Positions 25,561 through 39,666 of a DNA stretch of 64,000 bases are shown piece after piece. The DNA comes from Eledone cirrhosa (Eukaryota). Below the pieces are notes generated by a model. That model ran no database searches. It had not been told where the DNA came from and saw nothing but the letters and a program-made list of their open reading frames with translations. A program made the translations under genes and the position numbers. The stretch covers positions 95,666,001 through 95,730,000 of the forward strand of contig OZ024745.1 in NCBI GenBank assembly GCA_964016885.1, written 5' to 3'. Position 1 is the first letter of the stretch. Each line of letters starts with the position of its first letter.

Positions 25561-25943
25561 CACATTTATTTTTTCACGTTGCCCCTGTTTACTCAGCTGT
25601 AGAAATGAGTTACGCTCCTGCCAAATCAATGGGTGGCAGTAGTTCCAGATGCACGCATCGAAAGACTGGTGTATATATATATAGACAGAGAGAGAGAGAA
25701 ACACAGAGAGAGGGACAGAAAGATCAGATCATGTATGTCACATAAGAATAGCAATGTGTTCATTAATGTTACTACCTATCTATGAAACACAACAGTTCTT
25801 TAAGTCAGTTCTTATACTTAGTTTCTATTCCTTCCAGCTAAGTAAATTGATACAAAAGAGATGAAATAACTTGGCCAGATATGAAGAAAATCTCAAGATC
25901 TGGTTGATCAATACCTTATCCATATCTGAACAATTTATTTCTG

Positions 25944-26250
25944 CATGGCTTAGTGGTTAGAGCATTGAGCTTGCAATCAAAAGTTTGTGAGTTCGATTCT
26001 TGGACCGGGTCATGTGTTGTGTCCTTGAGCAAGATACTTTATTTTTTCACATTGCCCCTGTTTACTCAGCTGTAGAAATGAGTTACGCTCCTGCCAAATC
26101 AATGGGTGGCAGTAGTTCCAGCTGCACACATCGAAAGACTGGTGTAGTGGCTCTGAGAACAATGCGGCTTTGAGATGATCAATGCAAATTGACAATGAAA
26201 AGGCGCTCCCGTTCGAGTTAGAAGAGAACTATTGACCTTCAGGAGAAGCA
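25944..26250 (+). mobile_element. tRNA-derived CORE-type SINE
   Basis: A box TGGCTTAGTGG, B box GAGTTCGATTC, CORE-like GTGTCCTTGAGCAAGATACTTT. Confidence 0.75.
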
Positions 26251-27039
26251 GCGACCCCTGATTTTATTCAGCAACTGAAACAAATATGAAGTACACCAAA
26301 TCCAATGCTCCTAGAGGCGGCCCTTGCTTTTCTTATTTGCCAGTGTAAACTCAGCCAGATTAGATTAGTAACATAAGGTGAAACACTTATGAACACAATT
26401 GTATAAACCACATCATTATAGGAAAAGAAAATATCCCCCCCCCCCCTCCCCCGACAGTGGACGCAGTGGTGAGGATGACAATGATGATGATGGTGTTGAT
26501 GTTGATGATAATAAACAACTGAGAATTAAGATAAAAGCAGAGATTACTTTGATGTTTGTATTTTTCTTTATTTCACGATACTTAATCATTTGGAATATTT
26601 TTAAAGATAGAAAATAAATCAATCACACACAATTAATAAGTAAAATTCAAAGAAATAGAAAAAAAATAATATTAGGTGATAGAGAAAATAAGAACAGAGC
26701 AAACAATATGTAATTCACAATTTACTATTTATAGCAAAAGAGAAAGTGTATTGAAATAACCGAGTATACACAAATTAAAGAATGTTTTCTTAATGAATGT
26801 TTTCTTAATTTATATTTTTAATTGTGAATCATTTGAACATTTCAGAATTAATGTAAAGAGAAATTTAAAAAAAATTAAAATTCATATTCTTAGTGAAGCA
26901 AAATTGAACTATTTACAATTAGGAAGGTTTTGGGTAGTTCTTAAAATATAAGCCAACTGGGAAATTATAGGAGATGAATAGAAAACTAGATACAGTGGAT
27001 TCTTTAAAAATTGAGTAACCACTTTATGTAAGCGAAGTG

Positions 27040-27365
27040 CTCATATGCACAAATACATATGCACTTGTCTGTATGTGCAAGTGTGTGTGTATGTGGCATA
27101 GCAGTTAAGATGTTGCATCAACCACACTATGTAGAGAGAGTGCACACATGCACAAATACACTTGTGTGTGTTGACGTGTGTGTGGCATAACAGTTAGGGT
27201 AGTGTGTTAACCACACTTTGTAGGGGGAGTGCACATTTGCACAAATGCACTCGTGCGTGAGTGAGTGAGTGTGGCATAGCAGTGAGGGTGTTGTGTCAAC
27301 CATACTATGTAGGGGAATGCACACATGCACAAATACACATACACACATGTGTGTGTGTGTGTGGT
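27040..27365. repeat. Diverged minisatellite, 89 bp period, about 3.5 units
   Basis: GTGGCATA at 27093, 27182 and 27271, each followed by ..CAACCACACTATGTAG..TGCACAAATACAC-like sequence. Confidence 0.75.
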
Positions 27366-27849
27366 GTATGTAACAGCAGGAAGGATATTGGATACATGAT
27401 CATAGGCTTGATTCCTGAACTGGGCAGTTTCTTTGATTTCTTGATTGAGATACTTCATGTCATGTTGTTTTTACCTGATAGGACTGGGGTCCCTATCATT
27501 AAAATACCCCAGAAACCTTCTATGCGATGCAACTTCAGATGAAGCCAACTAAACCTACATTTAATTTTCTTTTCCTGCACACATACACATAATGAAAAAA
27601 GGATGTTAAGCTATGATGATGATGATGATGATATAATATATATATATTATATCATACAATTTCTTGTAGTAGTTTTTAGTAGGAAATTTAAAGAATTTCT
27701 TTCCCAAAGCAGAAACATAAGTACATAATGTGACAGATGAAGGAAAGAGGGGTGCACCAGCATTGAATTCACAAACAGAGAACTGGAAAAATTAACTATT
27801 CAATGCTCTAACAACTCTTCCAAATCAATCAACCTATATACATATATAT

Positions 27850-27910
27850 TGTTTGGATCTAGCTGTCGAAACAGCTGGAGCTCAGCTGTCGGGGTCCTGA
27901 CTCTTATCCC
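27850..27910 (+). ncRNA. 3' half of a hammerhead ribozyme (remnant) between TA tracts
   Basis: C-GAA-ACAGCUG(GAGCU)CAGCUGU-C: GAAA box, 7 bp stem III, GUC triplet; no CUGANGA box. Confidence 0.4.
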
Positions 27911-28095
27911 ATATATATATTTATACACCCACACATATATATATATACATAGTATTTTGTTAAGAACATAATGGAACCACAATTGACTATTCAATACATT
28001 AAGTGGGGAAGGTACTTGATTTCACTGAGAGATTAGATAACTTTTACAATACAAGTTCTGTAAAAACATTTTAAGGCCATTTCCCATGCTAAAGT

Positions 28096-28145
<50 letters not shown>

Positions 28146-28404
28146 TTCCATTTATAAATCTTTTATGTGTGTGTGTGTGTATATATATATATACATGCAT
28201 GCACATAAAAGATTTATAAATGGAAGTATCCACTTAGTTTTGACTAGAAAAGATGATGGGAAGCTCAATGTTGATAAAAGACATCCAAGGTAAAATCCAG
28301 GAGGTAAGATCTGAAAAATCATTATTATGTATTGAAGGTAAACAAAAGAGTTTGCATAATTGGATCCTTGCAAACTCTTTGGATTTTACTTTCTCTCTCT
28401 CTCT

Positions 28405-28446
<42 letters not shown>

Positions 28447-28460
28447 CCATATATATACAT

Positions 28461-28856
28461 CGCCTTGCCTGAATACAAAGTAAAACCTACTACAGTCAGT
28501 AGGCATCTCTAACAAACCCCCCCCCCCCGTCCCACCACCCCCACCCCATCCACACCGCTCCTTTCAATGTAAAGTTATGTTGGTGCCACAACATCCAGGC
28601 CAAAACAAATGAGTTTGTGTAGGTGTCACGACAAAAAAACACACAGTCCACGCTGTAATGTGGCCGTGTAGCCAACACGGTAAAAACCTCCCAGTCCCAC
28701 ACTGTAAATGTGGTTGGTGTTAGGAAGGGCATCCAGCTGTAGAAAACCCGCCAGACAGTCCTATGCGAGCAAGACAACCACTCTTGCCTCAAGTGGGAAA
28801 ACTCCCGTCCAAATCCATGCAAGCGTGGAACATGGACGTTAAACGATGATGATGAT
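28461..28856 (+). mobile_element. RTE family A, 3' UTR-only copy
   Basis: Matches 22886-23400 but has one 113 bp module instead of two; (GAT)n tail; in (TA)n. Confidence 0.92.
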
Positions 28857-28930
28857 ATACCTACGTATATATATATATACATACCTACTTATATATACAT
28901 ATACATACCTACTTATATATACACATACAT

Positions 28931-28962
<32 letters not shown>

Positions 28963-29771
28963 CATATATATGTGTGTGTGTGTGTGCATATAAATATACA
29001 CCCACACAATGTACATATAGAAATATACTTTCCATTTATGCACATACCCTTACAAATGTAAAATATCAATTCTGTAAAATGAAACAATAGTATGGAAATT
29101 CATACTGACATTTTTACCATTTAATAAATCAACTAACTCTGGAAAGTTTGTCCAAAACCTTATAATTCCGTAAAATCAATAGTATTTTAACATGCATCAA
29201 AACAATGCATTAATATCAAACAATAATTTCTGAATTAATTATTTGCTATAGAGTTTACATAGATATCAAAATATGATTGAATTACTAAAAACCTTTTATT
29301 GAAAACAAAGAAATATATAATCTGTAGGCATATATGAATGAAATAAAATGATTTCTTTTAACTATAGACAAAGCCAACTTTTGCAATGACAATAGACTGT
29401 TGATTTCCCAGATTGTGGAATACCTTATTTTATGGTATTTTTCAATTCTGAGAATATAAAATATGAAGCCAACTATAATAGGATCTGGACTCAAAAAGAT
29501 AAGAAACGAAACTAAATTCACATTCAAATATTTAATCAGGTGTTCTATATTCCTAACCAATAATAGAAAATAAAAATACATTTAAAAATTTTTTCATGCG
29601 TTTTTTCTTTAACTTATATATTTGCTTGGTAATAGAGCTAGTAGTTGCTGTCATAGTTTATTTAATCATTGATTAGTCCTGATCAAATGACCATATGATC
29701 AAAGATGTCCCAGCCATGACCATCCACTTTTTTTTCAGGCATAGTGCACTTTATTTCATATTATGAAATTT

Positions 29772-29956
29772 GGTGGTGGATTGACAGTATCGGTAGAGGG
29801 TCGGACGCCATGCTTTGCACAGAGTTACGCCCCTTTACGGACTGAGTTCAAATCCCGCCGAGGTTAACTTTAACTTTCATTCTTACAGGGTTGATAAAAT
29901 AAAGTACCAGTAATGTACTGGGTAATTGCTAGCCTTGTGCCAAAAGTAGAAACAAG
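29772..29956 (+). mobile_element. tRNA-derived SINE with Meta/MESC-like central domain
   Basis: B box GAGTTCAAATC, CTTTCATTCTTACAGGGTTGATAAAATAAAGTACCAG, duplicated TATGAAATTTG flanks. Confidence 0.8.
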
Positions 29957-30639
29957 TATGAAATTTGTATTTTCCCATTTAAGATTGTACAATCAGATTT
30001 CAGAGCAATTTTGCTGTTATTTCTAAAAGATGAAATGACTCTGTCACAGCTCCATTGAGGTAGTTCCTATACAACTGCAACCTTAATACTAATCACACAC
30101 ATGTGAATTTATTTTGGAATTTGTTGTCAACCAAACAAACTAATTTAAACAGAATTTTTTAGCTAGGTCTGGTAGAAGAGGCTGTACCCCAGACTTTGCA
30201 GGCCTAAAAATGACGATGATCATGTTCAGTTTAGATTATTGCAGGAAAGACAATGTGCCAACAAAAGTTCAGGAATCCCACACCATTCTTGTGGGAAGAA
30301 GAGACTATTAGTATTACTAGGTTTGAAATACATGATGATGGAATAATACTACACAGTTCTTATAATTAATAGGCTGTATTGCATGTATGCCATAGTGCTA
30401 GAAGAAAGTCCTTTTTATTTACATGCATTTCATCCCAGTCACCTTCAAACCTTCTCCTGCCAATTCTTACATCGAAGCTTTGTCTTGTTAAACATCCCTC
30501 TTGTCATCTTAACGTGGTATAACTATCAATGCTGAAGGTAGAAAGAGGAGACTACCAAAGTACTATTTAGAAAAGGAAGTCATGCCTTCATCATTTTAAA
30601 GCTTGTCCAGAAGGCAAAGCCTCTGTTTAGATATATTAA

Positions 30640-30845
30640 CTCTTTACCATTTACATTACTCTATATATACTATTGCATTTTTGTGATAAAGCCTTTATCT
30701 CACATAATATTGAATCTATGAGATTTTAATATTTATTTTGAGATCAATACCTTAACGTCAGTATGAGTAGCCAGGTTACAGTTGGTTTGAACAGAAAGAG
30801 GTGAGAGAATTCTGGCCAGATATGGCCGGTTTAAATGTTAAAGGG
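30640..30845 (+). mobile_element. piggyBac-type MITE
   Basis: TTAA|CTCTTTACCATTTA ... TAAATGTTAAAGGG|TTAA; homologous to the copies at 37607, 46030 and 46393. Confidence 0.8.
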
Positions 30846-31759
30846 TTAAAGCTTGTCGAGAAGGCAACGGCTCTGTTTAGATGTATTAAGCTATGAATTT
30901 TTAATAACTTTTTCAAATTCATGCTACTGTGTGGTGATTCATCATAACAAATGAACATATACAGAAATTATAGGACACAGTACGATAAATAACATTCTTG
31001 CTAAAACAAATATTCTTTGATATCATAAATTGAATTTTCAGTTTCTTTGCTGTGATAATTGATGATTATAAAATATGATTATTTCTTTATTTGCTACAAA
31101 ATAAAATAGATAGTTACTTCAGGTTTTCAAGAATGAGAAGACAAATTAATTCATATTACACCTGTGATTTTCAACAAAATACGACACAACCCATTGGCAT
31201 GATTAGAAATTAATAAAACAGTTAATTACTGTAACTAAAGTTTCTATTGTATTTGTTCTGTCTCTATATATTTGACATCAGACCATTTTATTGATAGCTT
31301 GGCCAGATATTTTACTAGACGTCCATTAAGTTATATTCTAAGCTTGAACATAATGAGAAAGCTATTTATTTTCTTGAATTCACCCAAATCATGGGCTATG
31401 TCATTCATTAGAAATATGGTAATGAAAGGGTTTTCTCCACTGTTCTAACATTATGGATCTATCACCAGTTTATCTAGACATTTCTCACCCAAGTTATAAT
31501 TTGATTGAATTTCAAGAAATGGATAATACTACCATAGTACTTTTTTATTCACAAAAATAATTATGTTAGTGATAAACAGTTAATTCAAAAGTCCATTTGC
31601 TCAGAATGCCTTCTAAAACAAGAAATCATATGGAGGTTATTTAATAATTTAAGCACGGCTGCAAGAACTGAAATAATTACACACAACTATAGAAATAATT
31701 TCAATAATAGTCTGTTGGATTTGACAGATAAAAATACACCTCATTATTAATTCATACAA

Positions 31760-31947
31760 GGGCGGTGGATTGGCAGAATCAGTAGAGTGTCAGACGCCAT
31801 GCTTTGACGCATAGAGTTACGGCTCTTGCCATTCTGAGTTCAAATCCTGCCGAGGTGAACTTTGCCTTTCATCCTTACAGAGTCGATAAAATAAAGTACC
31901 AGTAATGCACTGGGATAATTGCTGGCCTTGTGCCAAAAGTGGAAACA
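31760..31947 (+). mobile_element. Meta-like tRNA SINE with 17 bp target site duplication
   Basis: GGGCGGTGGATTGGCAGAATC head, B box, GCCTTTCATCCTTACAGAGTCGATAAAATAAAGTACCAG; ATTATTAATTCATACAA on both sides. Confidence 0.88.
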
Positions 31948-32960
31948 ATTATTAATTCATACAAAATTCAATAGTACCCACTTGTAGAAATGTACAACTT
32001 TTTGCACTTAATACCATTACACTTGAAGTATCACTTTACACTTCTTTTTCTTTGATCTGATATTTTAGCTCGATTTATTTTGGGCTAAATACTATCCCAT
32101 CCACCACTTCTTTTTTGCAATTCCTACCACTCAAAACACAGCTATCAACTAAGTATCGAGGAAAATGTCACTTGAGAATGGAATGCATTTACTTTCTTAT
32201 CCTGCTTAGAATCATCCTGCACACAACTCCTCTACCTATTGTTATTTACCAAACATTTACATTGAATGCTTATCATTTTGATTTTTCAGCATCCAATAAA
32301 CTAAATGCACAACAATGCTCAACAGAAATAAATTCTCTCCTAGGACATCTGTTGCCAAAGCTCTAATCTTTCCAGAATTTATTTGGTTATTATTTTCTGT
32401 AAATTGTAATATCCATTGAGAAATTGCTTTCTCTCACAAACTCAAATATACATATATACTCACAGGAATGAGACATTGATTTTTGAAACTCCTTTAATCT
32501 TCAATTTTCCTGCAATTCTTTTTTAATTCTATTCTTCATTGTTTCATATTCCCCCCTCGATCTATATTTTCTTCTCTCTCTCCCTATCTTTTTTTTTTTA
32601 AATCTCTTTAAACAACATATGGATGTATTTATGCAATATTTGTCATGCTTCTCTTTTGACTTTTCTCTATCAAAATTTTCTGACAGTTTAAGAATAAGAA
32701 GAAAGTTAAAAACATTTTACATGCATCTACGAAGAAAATCATTTATAATAAATGTATATAAAATAGATAAAAGGAATTATTCATGGAGCCAAAATCTTAA
32801 GAGCTTTAAAACTATCTTGCTGCTGTAAATAATTTTCTGTTCTTAAATGTAAAGAAATAAATTAGAAATAATAAATCAGTATGTATAAATTAGGGAAAGA
32901 ATGAATAATAGTGAGAAAGGCTGGGCAGTAGCAATGTGGAAGATATAATTGATTAAAGTT

Positions 32961-33009
<49 letters not shown>

Positions 33010-33365
33010 TAAAGAACAGTAAATGATGTGATCGATTAGAGCCAAAAGAATAGAAGTCATACAAGAACAAACACCTCACAGAAGAAAAGGTAGTATTTAG
33101 TTGTTTGGTTGAATAAATAATTTGAATCAAATAGATAGAAATTAACAGGAAAGATATTTCAGTATTTTTGAGCAAGAAGAGAATTCTGTCACCATATCAT
33201 TTTATGACCAGCATTAGTATTGATAAATCCTTAATATAAACAAGATTGAAATTGAAACAGAAGTAATCCCATAAAGATATTTAAATATTACCAATAAATG
33301 ATGATTTCTAAAAACATCTTACAAAACAATCCATATGGAATTATCTGATATATAATCTTTATGAT

Positions 33366-33779
33366 AATTGTTTCTACTTTTGGCACAAGGCCAGTAATTA
33401 TCCCAGTGCATTACTTTATTTTATCGACCCCATAAGGATGAAAGAAAGGCAAGGTTAACCTCAGCGGGATTTGAACTCAGACCGTAAAGAGCCGTAACTC
33501 TATGCTTCAAAGCATGGCGTCTGACCTTCTACCGATACTGTCAATCCACCGCCCTTTATATTATTATAATCTTTATAATAATGATTTCTGATTTAGGAAC
33601 AAGGCCAGCAATTTGGGAGGGGGGGGGGTCAATTAAATCGACCCCAGTGCATGACTGGTACTTTATTTTATCGACCCCATAAGGATGAACCTCAGCGGTA
33701 TTTGAACATGAGGGGCCATTACTGTATGCCGCTAAGCATGTTGTCCGATGCTCTGCCGATTCTACCAATCCATCGCCCC
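33366..33779 (-). mobile_element. Two adjacent Meta-like SINEs (about 33366-33554 and 33582-33779)
   Basis: Reverse complements of the 31760 family: TTTTATCGACCCCATAAGGATGAA, TTTGAAC, AATCCA(C/T)CGCCC. Confidence 0.82.
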
Positions 33780-33964
33780 AATAATCTCCATAATAATGAC
33801 TGTATTGGATGGTTTATTGTGTGAAACATGGCATGTGATGTTAAAATCTCTAAAATTTATATTCAGAATTTAAGGAATAAAAATGTAAGACAGATGGAAT
33901 GGAATGTTCTAAATCTTCTAACATTCATACCAGAAATCAGTATTCTGTCAACTATGTTCTCTCT

Positions 33965-34230
33965 CTCTGTTTATCTATCTATCTATCTCTATTTACCTAC
34001 CTACCTACTATCTACCTACCTACTTACCTATCTACCTACCTACTATCTACCTACCTACTATCTACCTACCTACTTACCTATCTACCTACCAACCTACTAT
34101 CTGCCTATCTCTCTATCGAGCTAGATGTCTGTCTATCTATCTATCTATCTACCAACCTACCTACTATCTACCTATCCATCTCTCTATCAAGCTAGCTGTC
34201 TATCTGTGTATCTATCTATCTGTCTCTATT
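33965..34230. repeat. (CTAT)n/(CCTA)n compound microsatellite
   Basis: Read directly. Confidence 0.92.
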
Positions 34231-35089
34231 AAAATACTATAAAGAAACTGTATATTACTTATTCCCTCCATAAAGGCTAGTATGTATAATATAAGGAAAA
34301 CATTAAGTAAGGTGTCAAGAAAGAGACAATAAAACATAGTTATGGATATTACAATGAAACAAGATACATATGCTTAAAATATTCCTGAGTACACAATAGC
34401 TGCAACAGCCAATCATACTGATACAATCATTAAAATTCAGGATAAGAATTTAATGAAAAGCAAAAGTGTTATCATATGTATTATGATAAGACTTTGAAAA
34501 AACTATTAGAAAATATGATTTCTTATTTCAATTCATTGAAAGAAAAGAGATATGAATGCAGCCATTTTTTTATCTCAAGGAATCATGCAGGTACATTGTT
34601 GCTAAATATATTATTCTGTAAAGAGGATGAAAAATTAGAAATGATGCTGTAATTAAATTTTCTATGGGATTACAAAACCTACTTTAAATAGCACACACAT
34701 TTCACTCAAATCCCATCCTACCATCTTAAAGAAAGAAGGACACATTACATGATGTAGTCCTTGATGTATGATATCAAAATAGAAGATAGACTTCTTGTGG
34801 TTGGAATGTCGTTGATGAGAAAAAAGGTCGCTTGGGGATACAATGGAACAAAACCACAATGTCTAAATGTTTGAAATTAGTTGTTCACATAATAATGTTT
34901 TTCACACTATTGTCTTCATCTTTAGATATGAAACATATTTATATTTTTCACATCTACATTATGTTTGGTCAGGTCAGGTTTCTGCCTGCTACCAGGTACC
35001 ATGTAACCTAGTACAACCTGCTTCATGGTTGAGTGGTCAGCAACTAAATTGGCTGGTCTGGTAAACAGGGTAAGTGACATTTTAGTAGC

Positions 35090-35820
35090 ACAAAAAACAA
35101 GAGCTGTTAAAGGGCAGATGAATTCCTTAGAGTCAACAGCCAGCCATCCCATGGGTTAAATAGCCTCACCAACATGCAATTGGTCAAGCATGGTGAATAT
35201 GGCTACACCCCTGACATGACCAAAACCAAAAACAGAAAGTGGTGGGGGGTCAACCAGGAAGGAGTTCCTCCATCAGGGGCGAGAAGGCCCAGGATTGAAT
35301 TGGACACTATGTTTGATCAGCTTCATCACTAAACATAATCATATTTCTAACTCCTATATACACAGTACAAAAATAGATTCAAAATAGGAATTTTTATTTC
35401 TAAACTACAATAATTCTCATATCCACTAGACTAAAAATGTGAGTAATCCCCATCATTACTATATTTCTAATGACAGACATTGCCTATGATTTTCAAATAA
35501 TTTTGAAAATATTCAAGGATTTTGATGAATTTAGGAATATAACCAACTTTCTCATTATTAAACTGGTGTTTGGAACATATCAAAGTTTATAATGAAAGGT
35601 TTTAGATAAATATATTCAATCCAATCCAATCAAGGGCTTTCTCCCTTCCTGGTTGACTTCCACCACTTTCTGTTTAGTTTTGGTCATGTCAGGGGTGTAG
35701 CCATACTCACCATACTTGGTGAATTGCAGATTGATGAGGGTATTTAATCCATATTTGGGGTGGATGGTTGTCAACTCTGAGGAGTTCATCCATCCTTTTA
35801 ACAGCCCTTGTTTTTTTTGT
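35090..35820. repeat. Long diverged inverted repeat (arms about 35090-35304 and 35620-35820), possible fold-back element
   Basis: ATGGCTACACCCCTGACATGACCAAAAC versus GTTTTGGTCATGTCAGGGGTGTAGCCAT, with similarity over about 200 bp. Confidence 0.8.
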
Positions 35821-37606
35821 AAACACTTTAATATAAACAGCTTTGTGATGTTGAACAGGTTGGTATCAAAAAGGTTAATGTTCTATTATATCCTGAATAG
35901 CAGCAATAAAATAATAAATAGCATTGGTAATATAATTAAACCTTAAGGCCAACCACCTATGGGTTCCTTGGTATCAGAAAAACTACATTTGTAAACACAC
36001 ATTGTGATTTTGGAAGAGAAAGAACAAAATATTTATACATAAAAACAACAACTCAAATTACATTATTTCATTAATTTTGAATGAATATGAAAAATATTTA
36101 AATGACTAGAAGTTATTTATTATTTACTAATATCCAGTTAAAAATAAACATTCCTTTTGGCTTTACATGAGGTCAAAGAAATACTAAATCCATTTGAATT
36201 GATTTCAATATATTACTAAATATTATTCTATTGAATCCCAAACATTGAGGGGCCAAGTTTAACTTAAATGGATGAAAAATAGGATTCACAAATGAATGGT
36301 TAATATTGTGCTCTATTATTTCTACTAACTCACCACCATTCAATTCATAATAATAATGTTGGTACAGAACTTTAACCTTTCTTTAAATATTTCATATCTA
36401 TTTTAGACCCCAACAACAATTTTATTTGATACACACAAAGTCACAAACGTGACTCCATACCTCGTCTCAACTCAGACTATTGATTGATTTTTGACACAAT
36501 ATACACTTCCATATGTCTGCAGTCAGAAGCCAATCTCTCCCCCACCCCCACAACTCACCCCAACGATAAAATATGTAAATACTTTTATTTATTGTTTATG
36601 CATAATGTGACCCACCATTCTTCCTAATGCATAAATCTAGAAAAGCTGCATAGCCAATAACCATATATTGAATTATATGCATGAATAGTGTACAACTTAA
36701 ATTGTTCAACACACCACATTTATATCAACCCCCACTTCCCACCACCAAGAAAAAAAAATTATTTTCAAAAACAAAAACTAAGTAATTTCCCAAGTCCTTA
36801 ATGTCCTATTGACTGTTCAATGGTGAAGAACTTCTCTTATATTTAATGTTAGAACTATTGTAATGCCAAGGATTAGGCCTTTAGATTTAGTTTGTTTATT
36901 TCTTCCCATACTTTCTTCTAACTCTGATCTTCTTGTAGTAATTTAATAGAAAACATCTAAAAATTGATAAGTTAATTCAAATGTTTATACTATCTTTATT
37001 AGTGGACAGAAAATTACTCTGAAAATGTGCAGTATTAAATTAATGACTTGAATATTTAATATGATGTACTCATAATGCTGTTTTATACTTTTTAGGAATG
37101 TCATGCTAATGTGGTTTAATGTGGTACATTAAAAATGTAATACATTTAGATCTTGTAGGGTTACAGATGCCTTTTCTTCTTTTTTATATGTCAAAGTTTA
37201 AGGATATTGCAAATGGGAGATATCAACCATCTTAACTCACTAATTCTCTTGTAAGATGTTATTATATACAGAAACATATATACAGTTAAGAGGAAACAAA
37301 TTATATACAGAAACATTTTACTAGAACTCTGATGAAAAATTTCAAATTATTAAATAATTATTTTGCCAGATGATGTCATACTTAACCCAACTACACTTTT
37401 TTTAATACTAATCTGCCAGTGTTTCTGATTCTACAAAACAAATCAACCGTTTTTAGAGCGACCCTATTTAAATTTATATAAGAACATTTTATGTTATAAA
37501 TTACCATCTTAATGAAATTATGATTTTAGTAAATCCTTCCCAAATACTTCTTTAATTAGTTAAAATACAAAATATTTCATTAGAAATATGGGAACAAAAT
37601 GATTAA

Positions 37607-37813
37607 CCCTTCAGCATTTAAACCAGCTGTATCCAGCCAGAATTCTCTCTCCTCTTTCTGTCCAAACTGGCCATAACTGGCCACTCATACTGATGTTAAG
37701 GTATTGTTCTCAAAATGAATAATATAAAAATTTTGTAGATTCGATATTATGTGAGATAAAGTTTTTACCATGAAAATACAATAGTAAATATAGAGTAATG
37801 TAAATGTTAAAGG
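37607..37813 (-). mobile_element. piggyBac-type MITE, reverse orientation
   Basis: TTAA|CCCTTCAGCATTTAAA ... TAAATGTTAAAGG|TTAA. Confidence 0.8.
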
Positions 37814-39666
37814 TTAAAGTAGTGACTTGATGATTCCATAGTCATCATTTCAAACATTGTAAAATGTTTGCTTCTAGGGAAGACCAATAACTCTGCATAC
37901 CTTCTTTTGGGAATAAAAGCATTCAGTAGTAACAAATATCTGCTTCAACAAAAAATATCCATCCTACCCATGCCAGTCTGGAAACATAGGTGTAAAAGAA
38001 CAACTAAATACTATGTAGTTATCATACATTTTCTATGTGTGATTTTGTTTTTCTTTCCTTCTACTACCACTGAATTAGAAGTGGCCAGTCATTTAACTTC
38101 ATATCTTCCTAGGCCTACTGTTTCATCTAATATCCATCACCACTTCAAACCGATTTTACATCTGGCTTACATCATAATGTCTATACTATTATAATGAATC
38201 TTTCTCCTGGCTATTGATACTATCAACTCTACCTTCCCAAACAATTTCTTTGTCAGCTTATTTTCATCCATTCCATTGTATCATTTAGATTCAGATTACA
38301 AATTCATATTTGAATATGATAATCATTTTTCATTTCTTTCTAAATTATAACTGCTTTCTCTGTTTTTACTGCCAAGATTTCACAGCCATGTAAAAATCAA
38401 ACACAGGTTATCGTCTCAGCAAATATGCTAATCCCTTCATAAACTACAAGAATCAATAATTGATGCTGTAAAACTCTGATAACTTTTATGGAAAAGAAAT
38501 CATATTTATTTCTGACAGTTAAGAGGAAACAAAATTCAGTGGCATAAACAAAATTTACAGTGGTTTATTTCAGCACTCCCCTGCCATTCATGTAAAATGG
38601 ATATCTATTGTATAGAAGTCGATTAGAGGCATTTATTTTACTTCGGTTTTAACAATGCTGCAGCAATTGCATTATTTTGTCCTATAAGTAAGATAAAACA
38701 ATAACTACCTGAAAACTGTAAATAACACTTGCCCTGATAATATAAAATTGTTGAAAGGAGTTAAAAACTTCCACATCCCTAAAAGCATATTGGAAAATTG
38801 TATTTAAAATAGAGGAAATAAGGAAAAAACTTACAAAAGTACACTAGAAACAAGTATTTTATAATGAATAAGTTATTTATTAAGGAATAAATAATCTATG
38901 CTAGCATAGAAAAGAAAAGAAAATCCATAAAAAGATCTTTATAAAAATGGGATGGAGTTGGATATTTATAAATCCTTAACTTTAGTAAGTAAGCAACTGA
39001 TAAAACAAAAATAATCTACTGCATGTATTTTGTTATGTAATTAGAGAGGGACATTATTTCAACCTCCTCAAATTTAACCAGCTGGCAGCAATAGGTTGCA
39101 GATCATTTTAAGGCCTTACCAAAATAAAGAAGATATTTATATTTTATGTACTTAATATTCTAGAGACAGCTAGCTGAATGGCTATGATGTTAGTTTTGCA
39201 ATCATTTGATGCAGGGTTCGATTCCACTGCATAGTATTTAAGACAAAAGTCATTTATGATAGCCTTGTGAGTGAAATTGTATAGTTGGAAACTGCTTGGA
39301 AGCTTGTCAGATGTAATTCAAAGGGCCAGCTTTGTCTTATACTGTTTCACACTTGAGAATTATGTCAAGGGTACATGTGTCCAGCCACATACATGTCAAT
39401 TTCATGATCAGGCTGTTCTGTTGATTGGAACACATCATCGAAACCAAGAAAAGTTCATTCTAACTGCTCCATATCATGAAACAAGACCAAGCAGTAGGTA
39501 TCACATGATTTAAAATATTGTCATAACAGGACTAGAACCCACAGGACTAGAACCCACCTATTGTAGATCAATGAACCTTTCTGGAAATATAGAGTAGTAC
39601 CACAACTTTCATTGATGAACTATCTCCAGTCATCTTCACAATCATCATTTAGCATCTATATAAACA

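Noticed and set aside
25944-26010. Functional tRNA genes at SINE heads (also 31760, 39667, 51530-51590)
   Set aside because: Only A and B boxes are retained, no full cloverleaf was seen, and most continue into SINE bodies.
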